This document shows, in pieces, positions 18,249 through 27,487 of a stretch of 64,000 nt of DNA; positions within the stretch are counted from its first letter, which is position 1; each line of letters starts with the position of its first letter. The stretch is from Nannocystales bacterium (GTDB taxonomy: Bacteria; Myxococcota_A; Polyangia; Nannocystales; Nannocystaceae), in NCBI GenBank assembly GCA_050633305.1, contig JBOEGF010000047.1:54514-118513 (forward strand), in the 5' to 3' direction. The position numbers and the translations under genes are program-made. A model generated the notes under the pieces. The model saw only the letters and a program-made list of their open reading frames with translations, made no database searches and had not been told where the DNA came from.

Positions 18249-19618
18249 CCGCGTCCTGGGCCCTGGAGATGGGTGGCGCCGAAACCCCGCCCTCCCCCCT
18301 GCACAATGCCGCCTCGGAAGTGATCGCCGCGTTTGCCGACGGCGCGACCACGCCCGCGGAGCATGCCCTGCTTGGGCAGTTCGCCGATGCGCTGATGCGA
18401 GGTGTTCCCATGAGCGCGCTGCGAGCCGACCTCGCGCAGCTCAACCACGAGGGCTACATCCGCGGTGCGCTGGTGAGCATGGCGGTCGCGCTGCAGCGGC
18501 ACGGCAACCCGGACGTCGCCCTCGCGCTGGGCCGCGAGCTCATGGACGCGATCGACATCGAGCTGGGCGTGCGCCTGTGCCGAGCGGTCCTCGCTCTCGA
18601 CGATGTCGACCAGCACCGACACCAGCCTGGCAGCACCTTTGTTGCGGCCAACCGCATCGTCGGCGACGCGCTGCTCGAAGCGGGCGATGCCTCCACCGCG
18701 CTGCGGCATTTTGAAGCGGTGTTGTCCGTCGATGTCGACGATCCGCGGGCGCTGCGGGGATGGTCTGAAGCCACCCGAAGCCTCGAGCGTCGCGGCGTCG
18801 CAGTCGAGCACCGAACGCGCGGGCTATCGCTGCTCGAGGGGCTCGATGAACTCGAACTCGAAGAGGGCCTGGCCGGAGAACGCTACGAGGTTCAGCGACC
18901 GCTGGGACGGGGTCGCCACGCGGTCGTCTATCAGGCATTCGACCGCCACGTCGGGCGCGACGTCGCGATCAAGCGCCTCCTGGACGCCAGCGCACGGACC
19001 TCGGCAGCGCCGCCTCGCGTGGTCGAGGCGCGATTCTTCGCCGAAGCGTCCACCTTGGCCAAAGTCCGCAGCCCGTTCGTGGTTGCCCTCCTCGACGCGC
19101 ATCCGTCCAAGCGCTTCATCGCGCTCGAGCTGTGCCGGGGTGGCAACCTGCGTCTCGCGTTGCGCCGGGGGCTTGTCGACGCATCCGATCTTCCCCGGAT
19201 CGGTGGCCAGCTCCGGTCTGCGCTCGAGGCCGTCCGCGCTGCGGGTGCGGTCCACCGAGACGTGAAGCCTGCAAACATCCTCGTCCGAGCAGCGCGGCGA
19301 GGCTCCACGATCGCACTGGGAGACTTCGGGCTCGCGGTGGGGCATGCCAAGGCATCGGGCACGGGCCGTGGCGGCACGCTGCGCTACCTCGCACCGGAGC
19401 TGCGCACGAAAGACGCGCCCAAAGCGACGGGGCAATCCGACCGTTTCAGCGCCGGCGCGGTGCTCCTGGAGCTGGCGCTGGGAAGCCTCCCCGAAGCTTT
19501 CGACCACGTCGACGACACCTTCGACGCCGCCGCATTCGTCCCCGAGGACCTCCCCGAGGCATGGACCCCCCGCCTTCGCAGCCTTCTACAGGCCGACCCG
19601 CAGGACCGCTCGTGGTGA
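18245..19618 (+). CDS. Soluble Ser/Thr protein kinase with N-terminal helical/TPR-like region
   Basis: ATGA overlap at 18245; LGRGRHAVVY, VAIK, HRDVKPANIL, DFG and GTLRYLAPE motifs; no TM segment. Confidence 0.9.
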   Translation: MTASWALEMGGAETPPSPLHNAASEVIAAFADGATTPAEHALLGQFADALMRGVPMSALRADLAQLNHEGYIRGALVSMAVALQRHGNPDVALALGRELMDAIDIELGVRLCRAVLALDDVDQHRHQPGSTFVAANRIVGDALLEAGDASTALRHFEAVLSVDVDDPRALRGWSEATRSLERRGVAVEHRTRGLSLLEGLDELELEEGLAGERYEVQRPLGRGRHAVVYQAFDRHVGRDVAIKRLLDASARTSAAPPRVVEARFFAEASTLAKVRSPFVVALLDAHPSKRFIALELCRGGNLRLALRRGLVDASDLPRIGGQLRSALEAVRAAGAVHRDVKPANILVRAARRGSTIALGDFGLAVGHAKASGTGRGGTLRYLAPELRTKDAPKATGQSDRFSAGAVLLELALGSLPEAFDHVDDTFDAAAFVPEDLPEAWTPRLRSLLQADPQDRSW

Positions 19619-20265
19619 AATCCGTCGTCACCCCACTCTCGTTGCTGCTGCTCATCGTCACCGCGGTGGGCTGCGAGGAGCAGCCGCGGCTGTACAGCAC
19701 CCGCGCCGCGACGGGCGAGGTCATCTTGCGTGAAGACTTCGACCGAGATGAGCTTGGCGAACGCTGGCACGCCACGGGCGAAGGTGCCCGGATCGAAAAC
19801 GGCCTGCTCGTCGTCGATGGTGTTCGCAACCACCCGTTGTGGCTCGAACTCGACCTACCCGACGACGTTCGGATCGAGTTCGACGCCTGGGCCACCACCG
19901 ACGAAGGAGACGTCAAGGTTGAGCTCTTCGGCGACGGGACGAGTTTCGCGACGACCCCCAACTACATCGCCAGCGGGTACGTCGTGATTTTCGGTGGTTG
20001 GAACAACACTCTGTCTGCGCTCGTCCGCAAGAACGAGCACGGTCGGCAGCGGGTCACGACCAACGAGCTGAAGGTCCAGCCCGACAAACGCTACCACTTT
20101 GTGCTGACCCGCACGGGCCGCGAGCTTCATTGGGAGGTCAACGGAGCCGAACTTCTGGTGTACGAAGACGCCCAACCTCTGCGTGGCGTAGGTCAAAACC
20201 GCTTCGCGTTCAGCGGGTGGGACGCCCAGGCCCATTTCGACAACCTCGTGATCGAAGCGCTGTGA
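19615..20265 (+). CDS. Lipoprotein with concanavalin A/LamG-like beta-sandwich
   Basis: GTGA overlap; lipobox AVGC; EDFDR...W, RIEFDAW and HFDNLVI patterns. Confidence 0.7.
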   Translation: MKSVVTPLSLLLLIVTAVGCEEQPRLYSTRAATGEVILREDFDRDELGERWHATGEGARIENGLLVVDGVRNHPLWLELDLPDDVRIEFDAWATTDEGDVKVELFGDGTSFATTPNYIASGYVVIFGGWNNTLSALVRKNEHGRQRVTTNELKVQPDKRYHFVLTRTGRELHWEVNGAELLVYEDAQPLRGVGQNRFAFSGWDAQAHFDNLVIEAL

Positions 20266-23200
20266 CCGATTCCCCCGACCTGCCGAGAGTGTTCGGCCGC
20301 TACATCCTCACCGCGCTGGTCGGCGAGGGGGGCATGGCAGAGGTCTACACCGCCACCGTGCAGGTCGCGGCGGGGCTCACCAAGCGCGTCGTCATCAAGA
20401 AGATCCGGCAAGTCTACGCCGACCACGAAGAGTTCACGCGAATGTTCGTCGACGAGGCGAAGATCGCCTTGTCTCTCAACCACGCGAACATCGTCCAAGT
20501 CTTCGACTTTGGGCAGGTTCAAGGCGCCTTCTACCTCGCGATGGAGCCCGTCGAAGGCATCGACGCGATGCGGCTGTTTCATGCGGTCCGGGACGCCCAA
20601 GAGCGTTTTCCACGGGTTGTCGCCGCGTACATCGGGCATCAGGTCGCAGCCGCCCTCGCCTACGCGCATCGCAAGACCGACGACCACGGCCAGCCCCTCG
20701 AGTTGGTCCACCGCGACATCAGCCCGCACAACGTGATGGTGTCGTTCGAGGGCCAGGTCAAGATCGTGGATTTCGGCATCGCGCGAACCGCAAACGGATC
20801 ACGCGATGCCCCGGTCCCCGGCATCGGGGAACGGACAGAGGAAACGATCAAGGGCAAGGTCGCGTACATGTCCCCCGAGCAGGCCCACGGCCTGGCGGTG
20901 GACCAACGCTCCGACGTCTACTCCCTCGGCGTCCTGCTGTACGAACTCGTCTCCGGCGAGCTCGTGTTTCGCAGCCGCGACCGGCTCGCCGCGCTCGAAC
21001 GCGTTCGCAACGAGCCTCTTCCGGCGTTGCGAGACCAGGCCGACGACGTTCCACAAGCCCTGCTGAACATCATCGACCGGGCGCTCGAACGCGACCCGCA
21101 GGATCGCTACCCCACCGCGCGCGCGATGCAGTCCGAGCTCGCGAAGTTCCTGCACGCCGCAGACCCGGTGGTCGACGACGACACCCTCTCGCAGTTCGTC
21201 CTGCGCTACTTCACTCCCACCCCACCTCCGGTCATCGACGAGAGCGCCCTTCCACGCGACGCGACACGGGGCGGACAGACCTCCTACCCGTCAGTCCGAG
21301 GGACCGCCGCGCGCGTCATCGTCGTGCACATGGCGTTGGACGCCCATCCGCTCATGCCCACCGCGGGGCCCGTCGAAGCAGAGCCCTTCTTGCGGCTGGT
21401 CGATGACGTCGCGTTCAAGCGCGACGCGGTGCTGCTGCGAAGGGATGAATCGGGCATCACGATGGCCTTTGGGGCGGTCCTACAATCCCCCGACGACGCC
21501 GACCGAGGGTTGCGCTGTGCCCTCTCGCTGCAGGATGACGTCGCCCACATGGCCCCCGGGCTCCGGGTAGGCGTGGTCGTTGCCCGCATTCGCGCGAGCG
21601 TCACCCGGGAGAGCAAGACCGTGCAGGTCAAGGTGCGTCCACAGACGGCCGACCTTCTCCACAAGGTCGCCGCGGTGGGCATGGAAGGCCCTGTTCGGGT
21701 CGCCGGTCCGCTGATCGAGGCGCTCTCGAAGGGCTGGCGATTTGGTCCCGAAGCGTTCGTCGACCCAGACGGAGCAGGAGAAACCCACTCGGCGGTGGAT
21801 CGAGAGCTGGGCAACGTCGCCCCGGTCCTGGGCCCACTCGCACCGCAGGCTCGTACCCGCGCCGCAGCCCCGGGGGGTCGAGCGCTCCTGTTCGGACGAG
21901 AGCTGGAACTCAAGGCCCTGCGCGACACCTTCTCCGAATCGATCCGGGCCCGAGAATCGCGCGCTGTGGTGGTGCTCGGTGAGGTGGGTGTGGGCAAGCG
22001 AGCCGTCGTCGAGCGATTCGTAGAATCTCTGCCCCGGACCGCCTGCTGGATCCTACGAGCATCGGGGACGTACGGCCGGCGCAACGTCCCGCTGGGCGTG
22101 GTCCTCGATCTGCTCTCTCGCTTCCTGGGTACCGACCATCGCTGCGATGAGAGCGATGTGGTGAGCAAACTGCAAAGCCACGGCGTCAGCGAGGCGCCGG
22201 TCTTGGGCGCGGCGCTCGCCTCCGCGTTGGGCCTCAAGGGAAGTGCGGCCGATGGCGGGGACGATGATCTCGATCCGTTCACGCGCCGCGACCGACTTTG
22301 GAAACTCGTCCGTCGCTTGACCACCGCGCTGGCACAACGCCGGCCGGTGCTGATCGTGATCGAAAACCTGCACCTGCACGACGAACAGAGCATCGCGCTG
22401 CTCCGCGAGTGGGTTCAGATCCGGCATCCGTACCCGATCTTGGGGGTTACGACCGGCCGACCCGGGACCCCGCGTGTCGATGCGATCCTTGGAGAGCCCA
22501 ACATCGCGCGCATCGAGTTGGGTGAGCTGGACCTGCAAGCGCGACATGAACTCGTGTCCTCACGGTTCGAAGACTCGCCTTCCGCACGAACCTTCGCCGA
22601 AGCCCTGCTGGCCCAGACCGGCGGCAATCCGTTGTTCATCGAGGAGAGCCTGGCTTCACTCCTCGAAGCCGGCGTCATCGGATGGAACGCCCAGGCCAGC
22701 GCGCTGGTGGTCAAGCAGCACGGGGCTCCCATCCGCATGCCGCCCAGCGTCGAAGCTGCCTTGGTCGAACGCATCGACCGCCTGCCCGAGGAGGACCGCC
22801 AAGCCCTCCTCGGCGCCGCAGTGCTCGGTCGACGGTTTCGCAGCCACGAACTCTCCGACCTCATCGAGCGCAGCGTCGGCCGAAGTGTCGACCACCTCAT
22901 CGAGCGCAACCTTCTCGAGCGACTCACACCGACCTCGCCCCTGGGAGAGAACGCTCGGTTCGCCACCTTGAGCCTGCACGAGGCCTGCAAGGGCATGCTC
23001 GAGACCTCCGCTGCCCACGCCCTTCATGTTCGGGCCGCCCACCTGATCCGCGAGCGGCCCGACTACGCTGCAGAGCGTGACGACGGCCCGATCGCCGACC
23101 ACCTGGTCCAGGCCGGCCGCGCATCCGAAGCCATCGCCCCAGCCTTGGCCGCTGCGCTTCGAGCCTACGACCTGGCGGGCAACGTCGAGGCCTACTACCA

Positions 23201-24557
23201 CCTCTCGCAAGCGCTGCGCGCGATGGCGGACGATGACCCGCGGCGCTGGGATGCGCTGCTGAGGCGCGAGCGAATCCTTCGCGCATGGGGACGACGACGG
23301 GCCCAGGGTGCCGATGTTCGCGCCCTGCTACATACCGCCGACTCGCTGGGCGACCCGGTCCGCCAAACGATTGCGTCGATCCGGTTGCTGCGCTTCTATC
23401 TTGAGGTTGGCCGCGTGCATCAGGCTCAGCGCCTGATCCCCCGGATCGAGGCGAGGATCGAGACCCTGCCCGCCCCAGATCCCTTCTGGGCGGTCCTTGG
23501 CGAGCTTCGCTCCGAGCTCTTCTTTTCGACCGGGGAGTTCGAGGCCTCCGAGAACACCGCTCGCTCGAGCCTGCCGTACTGCGCGAGCGATGCGAGAGGC
23601 CAGCGGCAACGTTGCAGGCTGCTGCGCAGCATCGGACAGGTCAAGGCCACCATCGGGCGGTTCGCGCAAGCGCGGCAGTGCTACACCGAAGCGCTCGGCA
23701 TCGCCCGCGAGATCGGCAACCAGCGCCTCGAAGCAAACCTCCTCAACGCTCTTGGCGAGGTTGCCGGTCGGAGCACCCACTACCAGGAAGCGGTGGACCA
23801 CTTCAAGGCGGCCCTCGCCATCGACCGCGATCTGGGAGACCGCTACGCGACCGGCCGAAAGCTCGCCAACCTCGGCATGACCTATGCCTGCATTGGCTTG
23901 GCCCGCCGTGCCGAACGGTTCTTCCGCAAGGCGCTCGAACTCCACGAAGCGGTCGGCCACCCCGGCGAGTTCAACGACGCCGCCGTTCACCTGGGCGAGG
24001 TCGTCGCCGACGGCGGGGACCCAGAGACCGCTCGCACGCTCTTGCTGGATGCCGCACGCGTGGCGGCCACCCGGGGAGACATTCGCACCGAACTTCGTGC
24101 CCGGGTCCGCCTCGCCCAAGCGCTGCGCGCCGGCACCCCGTCGGCCGAAGACCTCAAGGCCTCCCGCGTAACGGCCGAGCAGGTCCTCACCACGGCGCGG
24201 GCACAAGGGCTGCGAACCTCGACCTGCCGCGCACTCCACGTGTTGGCGCAGCTGGACCTCGCCGCGGGCAACCTCGACGCGGCCCAGGCGGGCCTCGAAG
24301 AAGCCGTCGAACTCGTTCGCGCAGGCGCCGCCCCCGTCGACGGAGTCCGTTCGATCCACCTGCTTGGGGTTCGGCTTCGCGACTGTGGGCACCACGACGA
24401 TGCGCGAGCACTTCTGCACGAAGCCGCGCTGATGGTGAAGGGCCGGCTCGATGAGCTCCGCGACAGCGATCTACGCTCCGGCTACCTCGAACAGCCCGAG
24501 GTCCGCCAGATCATGACCGACGGCGGTCTCGACGCGCCTCACGACGACCTCGGATAG
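20262..24557 (+). CDS. Multidomain kinase / cyclase-like / STAND AAA ATPase / TPR protein (NLR-like)
   Basis: GTGA overlap; kinase motifs GEGGMAEVY, HRDISPHN, DFG, YMSPEQ; cyclase-like MAFGA...DDADRGLRCAL; LFGRELEL, GEVGVGKR and TGGNPLFIEE; C-terminal TPRs. Confidence 0.88.
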   Translation: MTDSPDLPRVFGRYILTALVGEGGMAEVYTATVQVAAGLTKRVVIKKIRQVYADHEEFTRMFVDEAKIALSLNHANIVQVFDFGQVQGAFYLAMEPVEGIDAMRLFHAVRDAQERFPRVVAAYIGHQVAAALAYAHRKTDDHGQPLELVHRDISPHNVMVSFEGQVKIVDFGIARTANGSRDAPVPGIGERTEETIKGKVAYMSPEQAHGLAVDQRSDVYSLGVLLYELVSGELVFRSRDRLAALERVRNEPLPALRDQADDVPQALLNIIDRALERDPQDRYPTARAMQSELAKFLHAADPVVDDDTLSQFVLRYFTPTPPPVIDESALPRDATRGGQTSYPSVRGTAARVIVVHMALDAHPLMPTAGPVEAEPFLRLVDDVAFKRDAVLLRRDESGITMAFGAVLQSPDDADRGLRCALSLQDDVAHMAPGLRVGVVVARIRASVTRESKTVQVKVRPQTADLLHKVAAVGMEGPVRVAGPLIEALSKGWRFGPEAFVDPDGAGETHSAVDRELGNVAPVLGPLAPQARTRAAAPGGRALLFGRELELKALRDTFSESIRARESRAVVVLGEVGVGKRAVVERFVESLPRTACWILRASGTYGRRNVPLGVVLDLLSRFLGTDHRCDESDVVSKLQSHGVSEAPVLGAALASALGLKGSAADGGDDDLDPFTRRDRLWKLVRRLTTALAQRRPVLIVIENLHLHDEQSIALLREWVQIRHPYPILGVTTGRPGTPRVDAILGEPNIARIELGELDLQARHELVSSRFEDSPSARTFAEALLAQTGGNPLFIEESLASLLEAGVIGWNAQASALVVKQHGAPIRMPPSVEAALVERIDRLPEEDRQALLGAAVLGRRFRSHELSDLIERSVGRSVDHLIERNLLERLTPTSPLGENARFATLSLHEACKGMLETSAAHALHVRAAHLIRERPDYAAERDDGPIADHLVQAGRASEAIAPALAAALRAYDLAGNVEAYYHLSQALRAMADDDPRRWDALLRRERILRAWGRRRAQGADVRALLHTADSLGDPVRQTIASIRLLRFYLEVGRVHQAQRLIPRIEARIETLPAPDPFWAVLGELRSELFFSTGEFEASENTARSSLPYCASDARGQRQRCRLLRSIGQVKATIGRFAQARQCYTEALGIAREIGNQRLEANLLNALGEVAGRSTHYQEAVDHFKAALAIDRDLGDRYATGRKLANLGMTYACIGLARRAERFFRKALELHEAVGHPGEFNDAAVHLGEVVADGGDPETARTLLLDAARVAATRGDIRTELRARVRLAQALRAGTPSAEDLKASRVTAEQVLTTARAQGLRTSTCRALHVLAQLDLAAGNLDAAQAGLEEAVELVRAGAAPVDGVRSIHLLGVRLRDCGHHDDARALLHEAALMVKGRLDELRDSDLRSGYLEQPEVRQIMTDGGLDAPHDDLG

Positions 24558-24573
24558 CGGCTATTCTCCGGCG

Positions 24574-25176
24574 GTGAGCCCCGCGCGATCGGTTGCCCTG
24601 GCTGCGTGTCTTCTGGCTGGGTGTGCCAGCCGCTCGGGCATGCTCGTCGCGCCCTCGGGCGAGATGCGGCAGACCGGCCGCGACATGGAAAGCGGCGTGA
24701 CGATGGTGATCACCTCCGGCGTCTGGACCGGTGCGCCCGAGGGACTCGAGGAAGAGCTCGAGGTCCTCCACGTGCTGGTCGCCAATGACGGAGACCAGCC
24801 GATCTTGCTCGCACCCGGGGACTTTGAGTTCCACGACCGACGAGGGTTCCGCTACGCCGTCTTGGATACCGGGGCGAGCTTCCGCCCGGCAACAACCACC
24901 GAGAAGAGCACTGGACGCTACGACTTTGACCTCGAGCGGGGATACGACCCGGGCGGACCCGCACCGGTCGAGCGCATCGAACCCTTGGGGGACATTGCCA
25001 GGCTGGCGCTGCCCTGGGGTGTCCTGCTCCCCGGATCTCAGATGCGCGGCTTTCTCTACCTCGAACCCGTCGCCGAGTCGGCCAACGGCGGAACGCTGAC
25101 ATGGCGCATGACCACAGCGGCGCACCAACGCATCGCCGACGTCGTCTTCGAGATGTCCGTGGCTCGCGCCCGCTAG
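24574..25176 (+). CDS. Hypothetical lipoprotein
   Basis: Lipobox LAGC; beta-rich domain (VLVANDGDQPI, MRGFLYLE). Confidence 0.7.
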   Translation: MSPARSVALAACLLAGCASRSGMLVAPSGEMRQTGRDMESGVTMVITSGVWTGAPEGLEEELEVLHVLVANDGDQPILLAPGDFEFHDRRGFRYAVLDTGASFRPATTTEKSTGRYDFDLERGYDPGGPAPVERIEPLGDIARLALPWGVLLPGSQMRGFLYLEPVAESANGGTLTWRMTTAAHQRIADVVFEMSVARAR

Positions 25177-25213
25177 CGGTGCTCGCGAGATCCGAACACG
25201 CTCTACGCAAAGA

Positions 25214-25241
25214 GCGGCGGCACCCCGAAGGATGCCGCCGC
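25214..25241. terminator. Hairpin between convergent genes, probably a bidirectional terminator
   Basis: GCGGCGGCA...TGCCGCCGC stem with A-rich flanks. Confidence 0.6.
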
Positions 25242-25305
25242 GACTCGCAAAACTAAGACTGGGAACTGAGATTGGGACTCACCCGTGGGGGCGTCGGTCA
25301 GTGGC

Positions 25306-26265
25306 TCACTCCGGGATGGCGCAGAAGCCAACGTCCTCGTAGCTGGGGATCACCATGCCCTCGGGGAAGGCGGAGATGCACTCTTGCCCACCTGCCAGGC
25401 CTTCGCAGTCCGCGGAGGCTTCCGGCTCGGAGATGTCGCAGTAGCTGGTGCAGCAACGTGCGCTGTCACAGCCAGGGACCGCTCCTGCGCCGACACACAG
25501 CAGACTCGAATCACATGCGTTGGTGAACTCGCAGGCATCACCGTAGGCGCCCTGGTCCGGACCCGACGCATCGGGAGCGCAAACGAAACCGTTCTCGCTC
25601 GGGTAACACGCCTCGCCATCCTGACAGTTCTGCGAGAGCGGGTCGCAGGCGGGCAAGCACAACGGCAGGAACCCCTGGTTGGCGACGATGCAGGTGGTCG
25701 AGATGTCGTCACACAGCGGGGCCCCCTCGGTGCCGGTGCACAGCGGGACGCAGGTCCCGTTGTTCTGCTCGTCCGTGTTCCAACACATCGACCCGGTGTC
25801 GCAACTGTCGATGCCGGTCACTCCGCTGCCTTCGACCGTGCAAGGGTCACCGGGCTGGCCGGGTGCTGAATCGAGCGGAGTGCAACGCGAGGAGTTCCAC
25901 GAGTTGCCGCCGTCGTTCGCCCACGGCATGCACTTCTCACCTTCAGCGCAGTCCTGATCCCACAGCGAGCACTCGCCACCGCCCAGGGTGTCGTCGGTGT
26001 CGGTCGGGCAGTCCAGGAAGGTGCACTCCGGCTCCGTCTCCCCCTCGTCCGCGCCAGTGCTGCCGTCTTCCCCGCCCGTGCTCCCACTGTCCGAGTCGTC
26101 GTCGTCCGGGGTTCCAGGGTCTTCCGTCACAGCGCCTTCATCGTCCTCAGGGGTCGTCCCGGACGTCGCGCCATCAGCACCAGGGTCCTCGCCTTCCTTC
26201 GGGTCACACGCGGTCGCGCAGAGTACGAGGGCGGTCAAGCTACCGAAAATCCAGTTCTTCTTCAT
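25306..26265 (-). CDS. Cys-rich lipoprotein (paralog 1)
   Basis: Start ATG 26265 with SD AGGAG; lipobox-like ATAC; acidic linker; more than 20 Cys; core CSLWDQDCAEGEKCMPWANDGG. Confidence 0.85.
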   Translation of the reverse strand: MKKNWIFGSLTALVLCATACDPKEGEDPGADGATSGTTPEDDEGAVTEDPGTPDDDDSDSGSTGGEDGSTGADEGETEPECTFLDCPTDTDDTLGGGECSLWDQDCAEGEKCMPWANDGGNSWNSSRCTPLDSAPGQPGDPCTVEGSGVTGIDSCDTGSMCWNTDEQNNGTCVPLCTGTEGAPLCDDISTTCIVANQGFLPLCLPACDPLSQNCQDGEACYPSENGFVCAPDASGPDQGAYGDACEFTNACDSSLLCVGAGAVPGCDSARCCTSYCDISEPEASADCEGLAGGQECISAFPEGMVIPSYEDVGFCAIPE

Positions 26266-26334
26266 CGGGTGGGTCTCCTGTGGGTCGTGGCGGCTCCTCC
26301 GCCTTGCCAACACCCTATTCATAGCAAGACAGAT

Positions 26335-26389
26335 AAAACTAACAACTTAAAAAGACCATAAAACTAACACTCCTTCCAAAAAACTAACA
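26335..26389. repeat. Three direct repeats of AAAACTAACA
   Basis: Exact copies at 26335, 26360 and 26380 in an AT-rich intergenic island. Confidence 0.85.
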
Positions 26390-26440
26390 TCCTGAGAGAT
26401 CGGCGGCGCTGTTGGCGCACTTCGCCTCATGCGCTTAACG

Positions 26441-26480
26441 AAAAAAAGGAAGGGAAGCCACCAGGCTCCCCTTCCCTTTT
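26441..26480 (-). terminator. Intrinsic terminator after paralog 2
   Basis: AAAAGGAAGGGAAGCC-ACCA-GGCTCCCCTTCCCTTTT hairpin; the A7 run gives a U-tract on the minus strand. Confidence 0.8.
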
Positions 26481-26497
26481 CGAATCAGACGGTCAGA

Positions 26498-27487
26498 TCA
26501 GGCAGGAAGTGCGCAGATGCCGACGTCCTCGTATCCCGGAGGCACTGCACCCTCTTCGAAGAAGGCTTCGCAGGTCTCCATCGTGTCGCAGCCCTGGTCG
26601 GCAGGGTCAGCGGCCAGGTCGCAGACGTTCTGGCAGCAGCCGCCGGCACCGGCGGGGCAGCCCTGGACGATGGCTGGGTTCGCGCAGATGTTGCCCATAT
26701 CGCAGGCGTTGAGGAACTCGCACGGGTCGTTGTCCGCGCCTTGGTCCTCACCCGAAGCATCGGGAGCGCAGACGAATGCGTTGTCGATGGGGTAGCAAGC
26801 CTGGCCCTCGGCGCAGTTCTGCGTCAGCGGATCGCAGCTGGGCAGGCAGAGGATGAGCGTACCGCCGTTGGCGACCGAGCAGCTGGTGGTCGGGTCGTCA
26901 CAGACCGGAGCGTTCTCAGAGCCGGTGCAGAATGCGACGCAAGTACCTTCGTTGGTCTCGCCGTCGACGTCCCAGCACATGGAGGAGACATCGCAGGTGT
27001 CGATGCCCGACACGCCCGAACCTTCGACCGAGCAGGGGTCACCAGGCTGAGCGGGGTTGGGGTCGAGCGGCACGCAGCGCGTCGCGTTCCAGGAGGAACC
27101 GCCGTCGTTGGCCCATGCCGAGCACTTCTCGCCCTCGCCACAGTCCTGGTCCCAGACCGAGCACTCGATGCTCACACCGCCGCCGTCGGGGTCGGTGATG
27201 AAGCCAGTGCTGACGCCGGTGGGATCCGGAGTGTCGGTGTCCGAGCCGTCGGTGGTGTCGGTCTCCGACGTACCTTCGGTGGTCATCGAGTCCGCGGTGT
27301 CTGCGGTGTCCGCGGTGTCTGCAGTGTCTGCGGTGTCTGCAGTGTCTGCGGTGTCGCTGGTGTCCTCGGTTTCACCCGCGGTGCCATTGCTGTCGCTTGC
27401 CGCGCCAGTGCTGCCGTCGCTGTCCGCGTCGCAACCGATGACCAGAAGGGCGGAGCCCAGTAGAGAAATCAAGACCTTTTTGTGCAT
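26498..27487 (-). CDS. Cys-rich lipoprotein (paralog 2)
   Basis: Start ATG 27487; lipobox VIGC; (DTA)n linker; C-terminal domain collinear with paralog 1 (CSVWDQDCGEGEKCSAWANDGG ... YEDVGICALP). Confidence 0.85.
   Translation of the reverse strand: MHKKVLISLLGSALLVIGCDADSDGSTGAASDSNGTAGETEDTSDTADTADTADTADTADTADTADSMTTEGTSETDTTDGSDTDTPDPTGVSTGFITDPDGGGVSIECSVWDQDCGEGEKCSAWANDGGSSWNATRCVPLDPNPAQPGDPCSVEGSGVSGIDTCDVSSMCWDVDGETNEGTCVAFCTGSENAPVCDDPTTSCSVANGGTLILCLPSCDPLTQNCAEGQACYPIDNAFVCAPDASGEDQGADNDPCEFLNACDMGNICANPAIVQGCPAGAGGCCQNVCDLAADPADQGCDTMETCEAFFEEGAVPPGYEDVGICALPA
27290..27355 (-). repeat. 9-bp coding tandem repeat (Asp-Thr-Ala)x7
   Basis: GTC(C/T)GC(G/A)GT units in tandem. Confidence 0.85.

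Noticed and set aside
25251..25276. Imperfect 13-bp tandem AACTAAGACTGGG/AACTGAGATTGGG
   Set aside because: Only two imperfect copies in a 3' region; could be chance
26335..26389. AAAACTAACA repeats as a CRISPR array or iterons
   Set aside because: Repeats are only 10 bp with 10-15 nt gaps; no cas or rep gene in the window
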